A stretch of 64,000 nt of DNA from an uncultured Planctomycetota bacterium (GCA_963823665.1 CAWGMQ010000010.1:1-64000), one strand, 5' to 3'. Shown: positions 1 to 11,849, counted from the stretch's first letter. A program made the numbers and translations. The notes: a model not told the origin generated them from the sequence alone.

Positions 1-122
1 CCCGGTCCGGGAGGAACTAGTCCGCTCGCGATGATCCCCGCCAGGCCCAGCAACAGCGCCAGGCCGCGGTGGCGACGCCGGTAGACGAGTGGAACGCTGG
101 TCGTCGATTGAATGACCGGCAT
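1..122 (-). CDS. 5' end of a putative exported protein (runs off window start)
   Basis: Manual translation MPVIQSTTSVPLVYRRRHRGLALLLGLAGIIASGLVP... shows a basic plus hydrophobic signal-like segment; GGAG lies upstream of the ATG. Confidence 0.45.
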   Translation of the reverse strand, partial: MPVIQSTTSVPLVYRRRHRGLALLLGLAGIIASGLVPPGP

Positions 123-548
123 GGCAAACTCCGGGAGGCCCGGCGATGCGAATACGGTGGATGTCGTTGCCAGTGTCGCCCTTCGCTCCGCGAAGGGATT
201 CCCTCAACTCAGAAATCCCCGCCCGACGGCCGTTTCTGCTGCCGGATGCGGGCCAATCGGCAAAAGCCAGGAAGAATAGCAGAAACAGATTTGCGAGCGG
301 AATGAGGGCGAGCAGCGACAGTGCGCCTGCGAAGCCCGCCTTCGAGCAGATGCGCCATACCGGAAGGACGACCAGAATCGGCAAGGCGACGATCATCAGG
401 AGGCTCAAACGGGCCGATGTTTGGAACCATGGGAATCTCCTTGTCTCCGGCGGCGAGGGGGCGTTCAGAGTCAATGCTATCCAACCGGGCCGCCGAATTC
501 GATCCACGCGGATCAAGAAGGGCGCCGAGGAATGGCTCACGTCGCAAC

Positions 549-1078
549 GAATTCACGGGCACGATCACGTACGACCCAACGGCTCGTCCAAGCTACGGCC
601 TCTCCATCGAAGGGTCGTCCCAGTTGATCTTCTCGAACTCGCCCTCCTACCCGGTGCCGTCGTTCGGCGGCTCAAACCTGACTCTGAGCGTCGGTGGCCA
701 GAGCGTCCTCGCGAATTCTGGGGGCATTCAGCTATCCGTGTCCGAGATTCAGTTCCCTGGACAGTTCGGTCACACCGATGCCGACGGCAATCCGCGAATA
801 GCCCGTCGACAACCGTCGGGTTTTCAACCGAGAATGCCCCTGGAAATCCGCTCGACGTCTGGGTGGGTCTGACGAATCCAACTCGGGGTGCCGTTTCCGT
901 CGCTGGCAGTCCCAGTGTGCTGAGTCTCGCAAACTTCCCGCAGGCTCAGCTCGAGGTCAGCGAGCTGACAAATCCCGGCTCCAAAACACTGTACGCACGC
1001 ACCATCGACTCTCTCGTCGAGATTCCTGTTCCGGAGCCGGCATTTACAATTTTGCTCTGTCTGGCATCAACTGGTTAG
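549..1078 (+). pseudogene. PEP-CTERM-type exported protein fragment (frameshifted, no clear N-terminus)
   Basis: EFTGTITYD... in frame 321..872 shifts near 795 into frame 146..1078, ending VPEPAFTILLCLASTG*; FARRHK follows the TAG (PEP + TM + basic cluster). Confidence 0.55.
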
Positions 1079-1159
1079 TTTGCCAGACGGCACAAGTTGT
1101 CGCTTTCGCAATTGCGGTAATCTGAACTACAACACGCGAATCCGTCGAGGAGCGATCCC

Positions 1160-1597
1160 ATGTGCCTGATTCCTGTTCACCATCGCTCAATCGATGGCGG
1201 CCGTGCTCGTGATCGCGTTCGGCTTCGCAGCGCCGCGAAATGCGAATGCCTACTGGGCGAGTGCGACCTATACTCTCGCGATCGCAATGCTGGCCGCGGC
1301 GGTTGCTGTTGCGATCGCTCGGAAAGGCCGGCGTCGCACGACCTGCGCGGCATTCGCCGTCTTCGGGTGGGCCTATCTGTTGGTTCCGCGGCTCAATATT
1401 GGACCACCGCACGCACCAACCTTGCTGCTCGAGTGGGGAATCAATGCGATGGAACCGTTTATCACCTCGATGTGCCCGGATCAAGTTTCGTTTACTATAT
1501 CCAGGTCAGCCATTCGTTCGGCATTGTTCTCTTCGCCTCGATCGGGGGTGTCCTGGGCCACGTTCTGACCGCGAAGGACGACTCGCCGGCCGCCTGA
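1160..1597 (+). CDS. Small multi-TM hypothetical membrane protein (frameshifted)
   Basis: Hydrophobic helices split between ORFs 1194..1568 and 1160..1597; GAGGAG RBS before 1160. Confidence 0.55.
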   Translation: MCLIPVHHRSIDGGRARDRVRLRSAAKCECLLGECDLYSRDRNAGRGGCCCDRSERPASHDLRGIRRLRVGLSVGSAAQYWTTARTNLAARVGNQCDGTVYHLDVPGSSFVYYIQVSHSFGIVLFASIGGVLGHVLTAKDDSPAA

Positions 1598-1639
1598 GAA
1601 ACGGTCGACGGTCCCTCGGGCGATGACGCTCTAGCGGAT

Positions 1640-2519
1640 CTACTGGTCCTCACCCGGATGGCGATCCGAACCATCCGCATCCTCCGGCCCGACGGACCGA
1701 ACCCACGCATCGAGACCCGCCGGATCGATCTCGTCCGTCACCGGCTTCACGAGCGAAGCCGCCGAGCGGGCGGGGGGTTCAGGAACCGGCGAAGCTGGAG
1801 ATCGAGCGCGTCAGCGATGCGAAGAAAAGGATCCCCAGGATGATGAGCGTCCAGCGGAGGGTTGGGTCTTCCGCCGGGCTTGGGCGCCGGCTCGCTCGGC
1901 TGCCAGCCGATCCGGCCCACGAGCACGGGAGCCCGGTGCGCGGTGCCGTTTGCCTCGTACGTCATGAATTTGAGGAAGTAGCCGTTGAACACCACTCGCT
2001 CGGAGACATTGGCGCCGATCGGGAACCCCTCGGGGGCGTCTTCGAATATGCAGCAGAAAGGGGCTCGCCTGTTCTCGGGGGTGATCACCCATGCTTCGTA
2101 GAGCCAGTCTTTCGGGCTGAGCTTGGACGGGTAGCGCAGCACTTTCAGGGCGCCGCCCAGGATGTGGATCGGCACGCCGCGGTAGAGCTTGGGGGTTTCC
2201 CAGAGGTGGGTGAGCAAGACGTCGCGGCGGCAACGGCGGTGACCTCCCCGGCCGCATGCCGCTCGGCTCCAGCAGCAGCGCAGGCGGGTGTTGTCCGCGG
2301 AACCCCATCGGCGTGTGGGCGCGCTACCCGTTTCCATCGATGGACTGGTCGGCCACGACCGGCTTGGGCTTCTCCGCGACCTTGAGCCCCTCGCCGGCGG
2401 CCTGGTTCAGCTTCGTTGCGTAATTCAGACGAGGGTCGAAGCCCACGATCGCGATCGCGGTGAGGGCAACAAGAGCCGGGCAGCTCGGAGCCACGAAAGA
2501 AGCTCGAGGTCCGTTGCAC
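1640..2519 (-). CDS. Conserved hypothetical membrane-anchored protein downstream of exbD genes (frameshifted)
   Basis: Protein-like core LTHLWETPKLYRGVP...VVFNGYFLKFMTYEA...APVLVGRIGW in ORF 1747..2337; ends EIDPAGLDAWVRS...EDQ* in another frame; start approximate. Confidence 0.55.
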
Positions 2520-2527
2520 GGGTGGTC

Positions 2528-3034
2528 TTATTCTCCTTCCCCGGGTATCAGCTCTTCCCAGGAAATGTTGGGCGGCTTCTTGGCTTTGGAGAACGCGTTC
2601 ATGAACGCGTTCACGACGTGCATGAATCGGAACAGTCGCAGCCTCGGGTCGACTTTGAGCAGGGTCTGCTCGAAGGGATATATCTGGGTCGCTGAGGTAT
2701 TTATCGAGGTCGGCCTCGAGTGCTTTGGTGTCTGTCGCCAGCGGCGTCTCGCCAACCACGATCTGGTCGAGCGGCCTGCCTCGCCGGCCTTGAGCACGGT
2801 GGGCAGGGTGGCCAGGGTTGCCGGCAGGGTGTCCGCCGGCTTGTCGCTCGGCGCCTCCGCCGAGATCGCGGTCGCCGGCTGGGGCGGAAGCAGGTTCATC
2901 ACGAACTGCCCCTCCGATGGCGCGGGCTTGTACGTGAGCACGAAGAACGTCAAAAGCTGGAACGCCATGTCCAGCATCGGCGTGATGGGGACGTCAGGCC
3001 CCTCTGACTTCTGAATGTTCTTGCGTTCCGACAA
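2528..3034 (-). CDS. exbD: ExbD/TolR family biopolymer transport protein
   Basis: [19 protein letters not shown] motif with the conserved TM Asp. Confidence 0.8.
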   Translation of the reverse strand: MSERKNIQKSEGPDVPITPMLDMAFQLLTFFVLTYKPAPSEGQFVMNLLPPQPATAISAEAPSDKPADTLPATLATLPTVLKAGEAGRSTRSWLARRRWRQTPKHSRPTSINTSATQIYPFEQTLLKVDPRLRLFRFMHVVNAFMNAFSKAKKPPNISWEELIPGEGE

Positions 3035-3067
3035 GGCCGGTTCTCCGCCAGGGACTCAAACATGATC

Positions 3068-3538
3068 CTACGGTGCATTCATTGCCTTCAATGCGAATTT
3101 CCGGAACCCGTTCGACTGGCAGCCCTTGATGAGCGGGATCACGGTTCCGAACGTCGCGTCTTTATCGGCGCGGAAGATGATGGCCGTCGGCAGGTGCCGG
3201 AAGCCGGAACCTTCGTGCCCGCGGCTTTCAGGTTGAGCCGGACGAGGTCTGCCTGGTGCTTGATGGTCTGGAGGGCCTGGTGCAAAGGCTGAACCTCGCC
3301 CGCGATCAGTAGATGGCCCTCGCTGTCGACGTTCAAGACCAGGCGGTCTTCGGAGACCTGCTCGGGCTCTTCGATCGGACGGGCCGAGTCGGCGACGGGA
3401 AGATGCACCGCGCTGATCGTAGTTCTCGCTGCTGAAGTTGATCACGAGCATGAAGAACGTGATCAACTGGAAGACCACGTCGAGCAGTGGCGTCAGGTTC
3501 GGCTCGGCCTTCATCTTGTTGGACATCGACGCGGACAT
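3068..3538 (-). CDS. exbD: ExbD/TolR family protein (frameshifted)
   Basis: NLTPLLDVVFQLITFFML at the N-terminus and IIFRADKDATFGTV at the C-terminus; the middle lies in frame 3139..3408. Confidence 0.85.
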   Translation of the reverse strand: MSASMSNKMKAEPNLTPLLDVVFQLITFFMLVINFSSENYDQRGASSRRRLGPSDRRARAGLRRPPGLERRQRGPSTDRGRGSAFAPGPPDHQAPGRPRPAQPESRGHEGSGFRHLPTAIIFRADKDATFGTVIPLIKGCQSNGFRKFALKAMNAP

Positions 3539-3568
3539 GGGCTGGAACCTCTTCCTGCTTGGCCCGGG

Positions 3569-4440
3569 TCAGGCCGCCTTGACGGCCTTGGCCGCGGCGA
3601 CCAGGGAGTTGATCGTGCGGTCGGCGACGCGGGTGGCTTCCATGGTCGATCTCGGCGATTCGGTTGCGGAAGAATGCGAAGAAGAAGATGGCCGGCACGG
3701 ACAGGCTCACGCCTTCGAGCGTGATGAAGAGAGCCGTCGAGATGCCCTCGGCGACCTTTTCGGGCTTCGGCTGGGCGCGGCGGCATTGGCGATTTCCTGG
3801 AAGCTCATGATCATGCCCCAGATCGTGCCGACGAGACCGATCATCGGGCCGAGTGTGCCGATAATCGCGAGGTAGCTGATCTTCATCTCCAGCGTGGTGA
3901 CGATCTCTTCGGCCGCGTTTTGCATGGCCTCCTTCGCCTCCGGCCGGCCCTGGGGGAGATTGGCGATGCCGGTGTGCACCAGCCGGGCGAGGAAGCTCTC
4001 GTTGTCCTTGCACGAGTCGTACGCGTCCTGGAACTTCTTGTCGCGGATCGCGGCCTCGAGTCGATCGACCAAGGCTGCCGGCACGGCCTCGCTCACGCGG
4101 AATTCCATGAAGAGCCGGATCACGAGTGGCCGAAGTAGATCGACAGCAAGAGGAGCAAGCCACCGATCGGCCCGGAGGCGTGAATGGCCCACTGAAGCAT
4201 GTTGCGGCGGGGCGGCGGAGTGGCTCCCGCATCCGCCGCGGGGGCCGCAGCGGTCTTGGCGGGTGCTTCAGCCTCGGCTGCCTTGTCCTTGGCCGGTGCA
4301 TCACCCTTTGCCGGTTCCTGGGCGTTCGCGAAGCCGATACCTCCCCACGCCAGGCAGACCAGAAAGGCACTCGCCAGGGAAAACATCAACCACGCCCGGT
4401 CCGAGCCGTCGCCCGGGCGAGAGGTCCAAAGCTGCCGCAT
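3569..4440 (-). CDS. exbB: MotA/TolQ/ExbB proton channel family protein (frameshifted)
   Basis: LAIIGTLGPMIGLVGTIWGMIMSF and VAEGISTALFITLEG motifs spread over three frames; signal-like N-terminus. Confidence 0.85.
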
Positions 4441-4487
4441 CGAAGGAGTCTCCGCCTAGAGGTGCCATCGACCAGGTCCGTATTCTT

Positions 4488-4517
4488 TAAATATCGGACG
4501 GATCTGCGTGCTGTCAA
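4488..4517 (-). promoter_or_regulatory. Candidate sigma70 promoter for exbB operon
   Basis: TTGACA-N18-TATTTA on the minus strand upstream of the 4440 start. Confidence 0.35.
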
Positions 4518-4538
4518 CTCCTCGCGGGGGTTGTGTCG

Positions 4539-7500
4539 TCAGTTTCTGCGCCGGACGTTCGAGCGTTGATTGACGTCGCTCGGCGTGATGCTCACTACCC
4601 CATTCTTGACCACGTACGCGAGATCGAGCTGCGAGAGGAGGAGCCGCAGGCTCGTCTTGAGCGGCACACCTTCGAGCGTGACGACCAGAAAGACGGGTGA
4701 CATCATGGTTTTTTGCACCTTCTGCAGCGCAATCGGGTCGACACTGATCATGAGGTCGGGCTCGCCCGCCGACTTCTTTGTAGCCGTCTTGATGTACTTG
4801 AGCACGTCATTGAGTGGGGTTGCGTGTTCGAACGACATGGTGATCGGCTGTTCGAGCTTTGTGTGCGTTGCCTTCGTCGCTGAAGAAGCGTCGACGGCAA
4901 CGTTTACCCTCTGTCGCATGATCGCTTCGAGTCCCCTCGGTGAGCTGATGATCAGCACGTCATCCTTGACGCGGTAGACCAGGCCGAGTTGACCGACAAT
5001 CTGCTTGAGCCCTTCCTTCAAGGCGACGCCGTTCACCTCGATCCTGACCGTCGACGTTGCGGCCCTTTGGACCTCCTCTAGCCCCAGAGGATCGACGTAG
5101 ATTGGAACACCCGGGTCATTCGCACCCTGCTTGGTGGCGTTCTTGATATAGCTCAGGACATCGATAAGCGGTGTCGGCTCGGGAAAGTGCAGCGCGATTC
5201 GATTTTCAAGTCTCTTCAGGATCTCGTTTGTACCGACCGGGACCGGTGGGGTCGTGGGCTTCGCCGCCGGTGTGGCTTGCACGGTTGTCTTGGCGACCGT
5301 TTTCCCCGTTGTTTCATGCTTTGGCTCCCCGACCACGGCGGGCGCCGGAACCGCATAGCTGTAGCACTTGAATTGCCCCTGATCGTGCAGGCTCGTTAGT
5401 TTGACGTACGGCGTTCGTCCGCTATAGCCAGGAAGTCTCAACCCGTCGGCGGCATAGGCCCACTGAGGTTTGGCGGTTGCCGAATCCAGCACCACCCACA
5501 CGCCATCGGCACCGAGGTAACAGGACGCCGCGGTGGCATAGCGGTTCGCGAGGGTTTTCGAGAGGCCGGCCGCCGTTCCCGTCTCGTAGAAACCGTCCCG
5601 GCCAAAGAGGGCCACGCAGGCATTCCCTGGTCCGAACGCGACAGACCGGATTTCAAGCCCGTGGGCGCGCGCATTGCCGAGTGCATTGACGACGTCATCC
5701 GGCAAACTCTGCTGCTCGAAGCCGTTGCGTCCGTGAAGAATCAACCAGCCCCCTTCCTGACGGAACACGATCGACTTGATCTCGGCGTCCTTGTCTCCCA
5801 GCGCAACGATTGCCTCGTACGCCGGGTCGGGAATTCCGTGGCAGTCGTACCCGCTCCGCCCATAAAGAAGCGCCCAGCCCCCGCCTGGTGCGAAGGCAAC
5901 CCACTTTGCTTCGTCGTTATTCTTGGCCAGGTCTGCTAGCTTGCGGGTCATATCGTCGGGAATGTGCCCTTCGAATCGGTTACCCGCGGCTAGAAGAATC
6001 CAGTATGGTGCCCCTGCGGTCGACTTGAGTGACGCAAGCGTTGCGGCCGTCGCGTCTCGCTTTGGTTCCCGAACAACCGTCGCGGCGCTGCCCACGGGCG
6101 GCGACGGCTTGGACTCCGGTGGTGGTTCGGGCACGGGCGTGCGCGTGGCGGCCACCTCCGGCGCGGAGCTGGTTCGGTTGCGCGAAAACAGAACGCCGGC
6201 AGCGATCGCGAGCAAAGCCACGGGCGCGGCCACGCCCAGGATCAAGCGGGCCGGGCTTCTCCTGGTGCGCCGCGACGGGGCCTTCGAGAGCCGCTTGAGC
6301 GGCGGCGGCGCACTGCCGCTACTTTTAGCCGCCGGCAGCGGCGGCGGGTGCACTTCCGACCGCACGTCCATGACCAGGTCTTCGAGCGAGATCTCGTTCC
6401 CTAGCGAAAGCCCTTCATCCGGTTTGGGCGCGCGAAGATCGACGGCTCCGCCTTGGTGCGAGGAGCTCCAGCGCGTTTGAGCACCGCTTCATCAAAGACC
6501 TTGAGCTCGGGCTTGGACCCAGCCGTGGGCGCCGGCGCTGGCACATTCTTGGCCGCTTCCAGCAGCGAAACCAGCTCGTTCGTCGACCCTGGCCGGTCTT
6601 CGGGCCGCTTGGCCATCATTTTTTGATACACTTCTTCAAGTGCGAGCGACACATCGGGCCGCGCCAGCCGCAACGAAGGTGCCGGCCGTTCCATGTGGGC
6701 CATCAAACGCTTGAGTACGGTTCTCGCCCGGGAAGGGCTCTCTACCGGTCAGAAGGTAAAAGAGCGTGCAGCCCAGGCTATAGATATCGGCCCGGTGGTC
6801 GACGCGGTGCGAATCTTCGGCCTGCTCGGGGGCCATGAAGTCAATCGTGCCCATGTACATGCCGCTCTCGGTGAGGCGGCGGGCAGCCGTCTTGTTGAAC
6901 GGGTTGGCGGCGTCGGCAATCCGGGCCAGGCCGAGGTCGAGCACACGCACCGCCCCGGCTTGATCGAGCATCAGGTTGCCGGGCTTGATGTCGCGATGGA
7001 CGATTCCCGCTGCGTGGGCTGCCTCGAGGCCGCGGGCGGCCTGGATCAGGCAGTCGACGGCCTGGCCAACTGGCAGCGGCCCGCGCTCGCGAACGATGTG
7101 GTCGAGGTCTTTTCCCTCGACGTAATCCATGACCAGAAAATGGACGCCGCGATCCTCGTCGGCGTCGAGTGCGGCCACGACGTTGGGATGCTTGAGCCGG
7201 CCCGCTGCCTCGACCTCGCGGCGAAACCGCAGCACGGCGCTTCGATCGCGTGCGAATGACGGCGGCAGAATCTTGAGTGCGCCCACCCGGCCCAGCCGAC
7301 GGTGTCGCGCTTTGAAAACCATGCCCATTCCGCCCTGTCCAAGCTTGTCGAGGATCAGGTAGTTGCCGATCAGGAGCCCGCGGCTTTTTTTCTGGTACAC
7401 CGCCGCGGCCTGATAGGCAGTGAGCTTGCCGGCCTTGATGAGGCGCGCGAAATCCCGACCACGCCGTCGGCGGAATCGGCGGCGAAACCTTCGAGCTCAG

Positions 7501-7702
7501 TCTGCTCGATCAGCCCGATGTCGACCAGGTCGCGCGAGAATGCCGCGAGGCTCGCAAAGCCCGCGGCCGCCGAACGATTCTCGGAGTCGGCCGGGTCTCC
7601 TCCGGCAGCGTGATTCTGTCGCGACGGCGCGACCGTGGCGGCGTCTTGAATGCCTCGCGGCGGCACTGTGACGGCCTCTGCGGTTTCATCGTGATCGGAC
7701 AT
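4539..7702 (-). CDS. Membrane Ser/Thr protein kinase with extracytoplasmic beta-rich repeats and two STN-like domains (frameshifted)
   Basis: LGQGGMG, ALK, HRDIKPGN, DLGLAR and APEQ in 6636..7400; TM LILGVAAPVALLAIAAGVLF; duplicated LE.PI...F...TPL.DVL.YIK.ATK domain in 4539..6371. Confidence 0.8.
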
Positions 7703-7938
7703 GGGAAAGTCTCCGATCCGAGCAGGGTTTCACCGCTTCACGTCGATGGATTCACGGAGAGCGGGCGCTCTGCGATCCCCGGCGCACGTGAAATGGGATT
7801 CTAGCGGGATTGATCGTGCGATTGCAAACAGATTGACTAGCCACGACGTGGCAAATGCGGCGTCAAGACGTGCGAGAACGCGCGCCAGCACGGTTCCTGA
7901 CACCAACCCGACTCGTGGCGAGTTGACCTGGCCGATCC

Positions 7939-9243
7939 TCAAGAGAATTCGGGACCAGTCATTGCCGCTATCGTGTGAATCGATGGGGATTCAGCCACGA
8001 CGCCCTGCGATTCGCGGGTTTCGGGCATGGCCAGGGCGTAAGAGATCGCCGCGCCAGCGGCGATCGCCGCGAGCGTGATGAAGCCGGCGTCGAACCCAGC
8101 CGCCTTGACCACGAAGCCCGCCATGAGGTTGCTCAGGCCAGCACCGATCCCGGTCGCCGTGGCGAGTGCCCCTTGCGTGACGTTGAACCGGCCGGTCCCC
8201 TTCGTCAGGTCGGCCACGACCAGCACCGAGACGACCCCGAAGATGCCCGCTCCGATCCCGTCGAGGAGCTGGACGCCGACGAGGTAATAGGGGTTGACGC
8301 TGAGGCAGTAGAGCAGGCCGCGAACGGGCAGTACCACGAAGCCGATCAGGAAGACCGGCTTGCGGCCCCAGCTCACCGCCAGTCGGCTGGCGGCGAGGGC
8401 CACCGGCACCATCACCACCTGGGCCGCGATGATGCAGGCCGACATCAATAGCGCTGCCCCCTCCTTCAGGCCGTCGCCCGACTTCTGGCTGACCAGGGGC
8501 AGCATCGCCGCGTTGGCGAAATGGAACAATACGACCGACGCGGCGAAGATTGCGATCCGGCGGTCTTTGAACAGATCGGCGATCCCAATGGCCTCATGGC
8601 TCCTTCCGTCGCCATCGTCGGCGCCGCAGGCGAGAACGTGGTCGATGTCCGCCTCGCGGATCAACATGACCGCGGTGGCGCTGGCGGCCGCCATGGCAGC
8701 GACGACAAAAAACAACGCGCCGTAGCCGAAAAGGTAGGCTGAACCCCCCATGAGGGCCGCCGCTGCGACGTTTCCGCCATGGTTGAACGCTTCGTTCCGC
8801 CCCGTCCGCCGCGGCATGGCCGCACGCCCGACCAGCCCCAGAGTCAGGGCCGCCACGGCGGGCGGAAAGATCGCCGCCGCCACCCCGATCGCCGCTTCGG
8901 CCGCGACCACCACCACAAGCGAGGGCACCAGATAGACCACAACGCAGCCCGCGGCGACCGCGACCGCCGCGATCGCGACCGCCAGTCGCTTCCACCGAAT
9001 GCGGTCGATGACGGCACCGGCGGGGGTTTGAGCCAGCACCGTTCCGATCTGTGACGCCGCCAGCGCGATCCCGACGTTTCCCGGGTCCCAGTGATGACTC
9101 TCCCGCAGGAACGTGCCCAGGAATGGCCCCATCCCATCCCGCACGTCTGCGAGGAACACGTTCAGGCCGTCGAGCGCGCGGCGGCTCGTCTTCGACGGGT
9201 TTGGCTCATGGGAATCGTGCGTCGTTGTATCCGTGTCGGCCAT
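7939..9243 (-). CDS. MFS transporter
   Basis: About 12 hydrophobic segments with MFS-like loops (GAVIDRIRWK, SWGRKP). Confidence 0.85.
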   Translation of the reverse strand: MADTDTTTHDSHEPNPSKTSRRALDGLNVFLADVRDGMGPFLGTFLRESHHWDPGNVGIALAASQIGTVLAQTPAGAVIDRIRWKRLAVAIAAVAVAAGCVVVYLVPSLVVVVAAEAAIGVAAAIFPPAVAALTLGLVGRAAMPRRTGRNEAFNHGGNVAAAALMGGSAYLFGYGALFFVVAAMAAASATAVMLIREADIDHVLACGADDGDGRSHEAIGIADLFKDRRIAIFAASVVLFHFANAAMLPLVSQKSGDGLKEGAALLMSACIIAAQVVMVPVALAASRLAVSWGRKPVFLIGFVVLPVRGLLYCLSVNPYYLVGVQLLDGIGAGIFGVVSVLVVADLTKGTGRFNVTQGALATATGIGAGLSNLMAGFVVKAAGFDAGFITLAAIAAGAAISYALAMPETRESQGVVAESPSIHTIAAMTGPEFS

Positions 9244-9260
9244 CGTTCGGCTCTCCCGTG

Positions 9261-10505
9261 TTAATAGTGCACCAGCGCGAGCCAGGCGACGCCGACGAGT
9301 GTCGTGAGCATCGTCAGAGGGACACCGACCTTGAGATATTCCAGAAAACTCAGCTCGGTGCCCGCGCGGCGGGCGTTCTCGACCACGATCAGGTTCGCCA
9401 CCGAGCCGAGCACGGTCAGATTCCCGGCGAGCGTGCTCGACATCGCAAGGGCCAGCCAGGCCAGTTCCTTCTGAGGCATGACTTCCATGAGCGGCTTGAA
9501 CAAGAGCACGGCCGGGACGTTCGACACGAGGTTCGACAGAAGCACCGACAGCCCGCTAACCAGCACCACCGGCGACTCCAGCAGGGCATGGCACTGTTCC
9601 AGGCCCCAAGTTTGGACCACGCTTGCCTCGAAGGCGTGGACCACGACGAACAGGCCGGCGAACATGACCAGGAGCGGCCAGTCGACCGAGCGGAACACTT
9701 TCTCAGGGCGAACGCGACCCAGCAGCAAGACACCCGCCGCGACGAGCGCCACGAGTGCGATCGGCTGTCCTGCGAAGAACAAACCGACCGTGACCAATGT
9801 CACCGTGACGCTCTTGATCAGGAGAGAGCGATGGACGCGGGGCCGCAACGATTCGTCGGCGTGCAGGATAACCCGCCCCGCATCGCTCAACCCCTTGCGA
9901 TAGACGATCGCCACGACGGCGAAATTGAGGGCCAGGCCGATCAGGGCGATGGGGGCCAGTCGGGCGGCAAATCGCAGGTAGGAGATCTGCGATAGCGAGC
10001 CGATGATGATATTTTGGGGGTTGCCCGTGATCGTGGCGACCGAGCCGATGTTCGACGCCGTCGCCAGCCCGACCAGGTACGGGATCGGCGGCCGCTTGAG
10101 TCGTTGGCAGAGGTGGAGCACCAGCGGCGTCAAGGCCACACAGACCACGTCGTTGACCAGAAACGCTGAGAGGACTCCCGAGAGGGAGATTGTGACGGCC
10201 AGGAGGGTCAGCGGTCCCGAGAACCGGGCGGCGATCCGTTCCGTCGCCAGCGCGAAGAAGCCGGCCAGGCGGAGATACGACACCACGACCATCATGCCGA
10301 AGAGCAGGACGATGGTTTCGTAATCGACGGCCCTGGCCGCGTCGTGCATCGAGAGCACACCGCAGGCCATCATGGCGGCCGCACCGACGAGCGCGATCCC
10401 CGCCCGGTCGATCCGCAGCCCCGGGATCTTGCCAAGGGCCAGGCCCAGATAGGTCAGGCCGAAGATGGTCGAAACCAAGGAAATCGAGGTCGGATGCGTC
10501 GTCAC
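9261..10505 (-). CDS. ArsB/NhaD/CitM-superfamily anion permease (YbiR/Lsi2-like)
   Basis: SAFLVNDVVC, ASNIGSVATITGNPQN, SNLVSNVPA and STLAGNLTVLGSVANLIV motifs. Confidence 0.85.
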   Translation of the reverse strand: MTTHPTSISLVSTIFGLTYLGLALGKIPGLRIDRAGIALVGAAAMMACGVLSMHDAARAVDYETIVLLFGMMVVVSYLRLAGFFALATERIAARFSGPLTLLAVTISLSGVLSAFLVNDVVCVALTPLVLHLCQRLKRPPIPYLVGLATASNIGSVATITGNPQNIIIGSLSQISYLRFAARLAPIALIGLALNFAVVAIVYRKGLSDAGRVILHADESLRPRVHRSLLIKSVTVTLVTVGLFFAGQPIALVALVAAGVLLLGRVRPEKVFRSVDWPLLVMFAGLFVVVHAFEASVVQTWGLEQCHALLESPVVLVSGLSVLLSNLVSNVPAVLLFKPLMEVMPQKELAWLALAMSSTLAGNLTVLGSVANLIVVENARRAGTELSFLEYLKVGVPLTMLTTLVGVAWLALVHY

Positions 10506-10577
10506 GGGCCGGGATACCTCCGGGGTTCAATGTCAAGCTAGAATATATCTCCAACTTTCTTCGTACCGTCATTCGAA

Positions 10578-11849
10578 TTATAGGACGACCGAGAGCTCGG
10601 ATGTCGTGGCCATCGGGTCGACCATCCGGCCGTCGATGAGTTCTTCGTGCTTGGCCAACGTCTCCGGGACCAAGAAGACGACGATCGCCGTCGCGACGGC
10701 GCCGAGTGCCGCCAGAGCAGCGAATAGTCCTCGGTAACCGAGCGGCCCAACGAGCATGGCCGCAGCAGCCGGCCCGAGTGCCGAACCGAGAACCAGGCAT
10801 GATCCGACGAGAACCTGCGCTTCGCCCGAGCGCCGCGGGTCTGCCAGGCGGTCGGTCACCCAGGCGGCGGCCATGACCGCGAAAAGGCCGTTGCCCAGTC
10901 CGTCGAGCGCCTGGTTCGCCACGACCAGTATCGGGGCCTGGACGACCGACACCAGGCCGAGCCGGACAGCCATGATCGTCCAGCCGGCGATCAGAAGCGG
11001 CTTGCGGCCGCAACGGTCAGCCAGCCAACCCGCCGGCCAGACGACGAGCATCCAGGCCACCATACTCACGACGAAGGCGTATGCCAGCATCCGTTCGGGC
11101 GCGTGCAGGTCTCGCTTGAGAAAAAGCCCGAGATAGATGCCCCCAGGGGCGTTGGCTGCGTGGTACAAGACCATTGCCACGATAAAGGCCCACAACCCAA
11201 TGTCTTTCGGAAACCAGCTCGTTGTGGTTTTTTGCTCGGACTGGTCGAACTTTATCGCAGGATTGCCGTTAACGGTTTCTTTGCTTCCCGTCGACCGTGG
11301 TTCGTGAATCAGGAGCGCAGCCGCGACCGCAAGGCTCTGTATGATTGCAAGCGGCATTAGGATCGCACCGACGCCATACTGCTCCGCCATCCAACTCCCG
11401 AGGAGTGCCATCAGCACGATACCGATCGGCTTCCAAAACCGTAGAGCTCCGATTGCTGCGCCGACACCTCCCTGCCGAGCCAGCGCCGCGGCCGCCGCGC
11501 CAGAAAGGCTTTCTACAACGGCGCGGCCGATTCCGTTCTCGGCGAACAAGATGACAAGCAGACCGACCCAGATTGTTCCTTCCGCCCCGCGCAGAAGCCA
11601 CGACGAAACCGCCACAACGGCGAGCGCTGCGACGAGGAACGGCTTGCGCGAGCCCAGGCGATCCGACCAGAGCCCGATCGGGAACTGCGCAAGACTTGTC
11701 AATGCCGCCAACGTCGAAATGATTCCAATGGCCGAATCCGAGAGCCCCCTGTGTCCGAGGTAGAGCGGCAGGTAGGGCAAAGTGAAGCCGATGCCGGCCA
11801 TACCGAGGAAGTAGGAACCGTAGAGTCCGATGCGATTCCGCGTATCCAT
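10578..11849 (-). CDS. MFS transporter
   Basis: Start MDTRNRIG with GGAGA RBS; GLWSDRLGSRK and GWLADRCGRK motif-A loops. Confidence 0.85.
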   Translation of the reverse strand: MDTRNRIGLYGSYFLGMAGIGFTLPYLPLYLGHRGLSDSAIGIISTLAALTSLAQFPIGLWSDRLGSRKPFLVAALAVVAVSSWLLRGAEGTIWVGLLVILFAENGIGRAVVESLSGAAAAALARQGGVGAAIGALRFWKPIGIVLMALLGSWMAEQYGVGAILMPLAIIQSLAVAAALLIHEPRSTGSKETVNGNPAIKFDQSEQKTTTSWFPKDIGLWAFIVAMVLYHAANAPGGIYLGLFLKRDLHAPERMLAYAFVVSMVAWMLVVWPAGWLADRCGRKPLLIAGWTIMAVRLGLVSVVQAPILVVANQALDGLGNGLFAVMAAAWVTDRLADPRRSGEAQVLVGSCLVLGSALGPAAAAMLVGPLGYRGLFAALAALGAVATAIVVFLVPETLAKHEELIDGRMVDPMATTSELSVVL

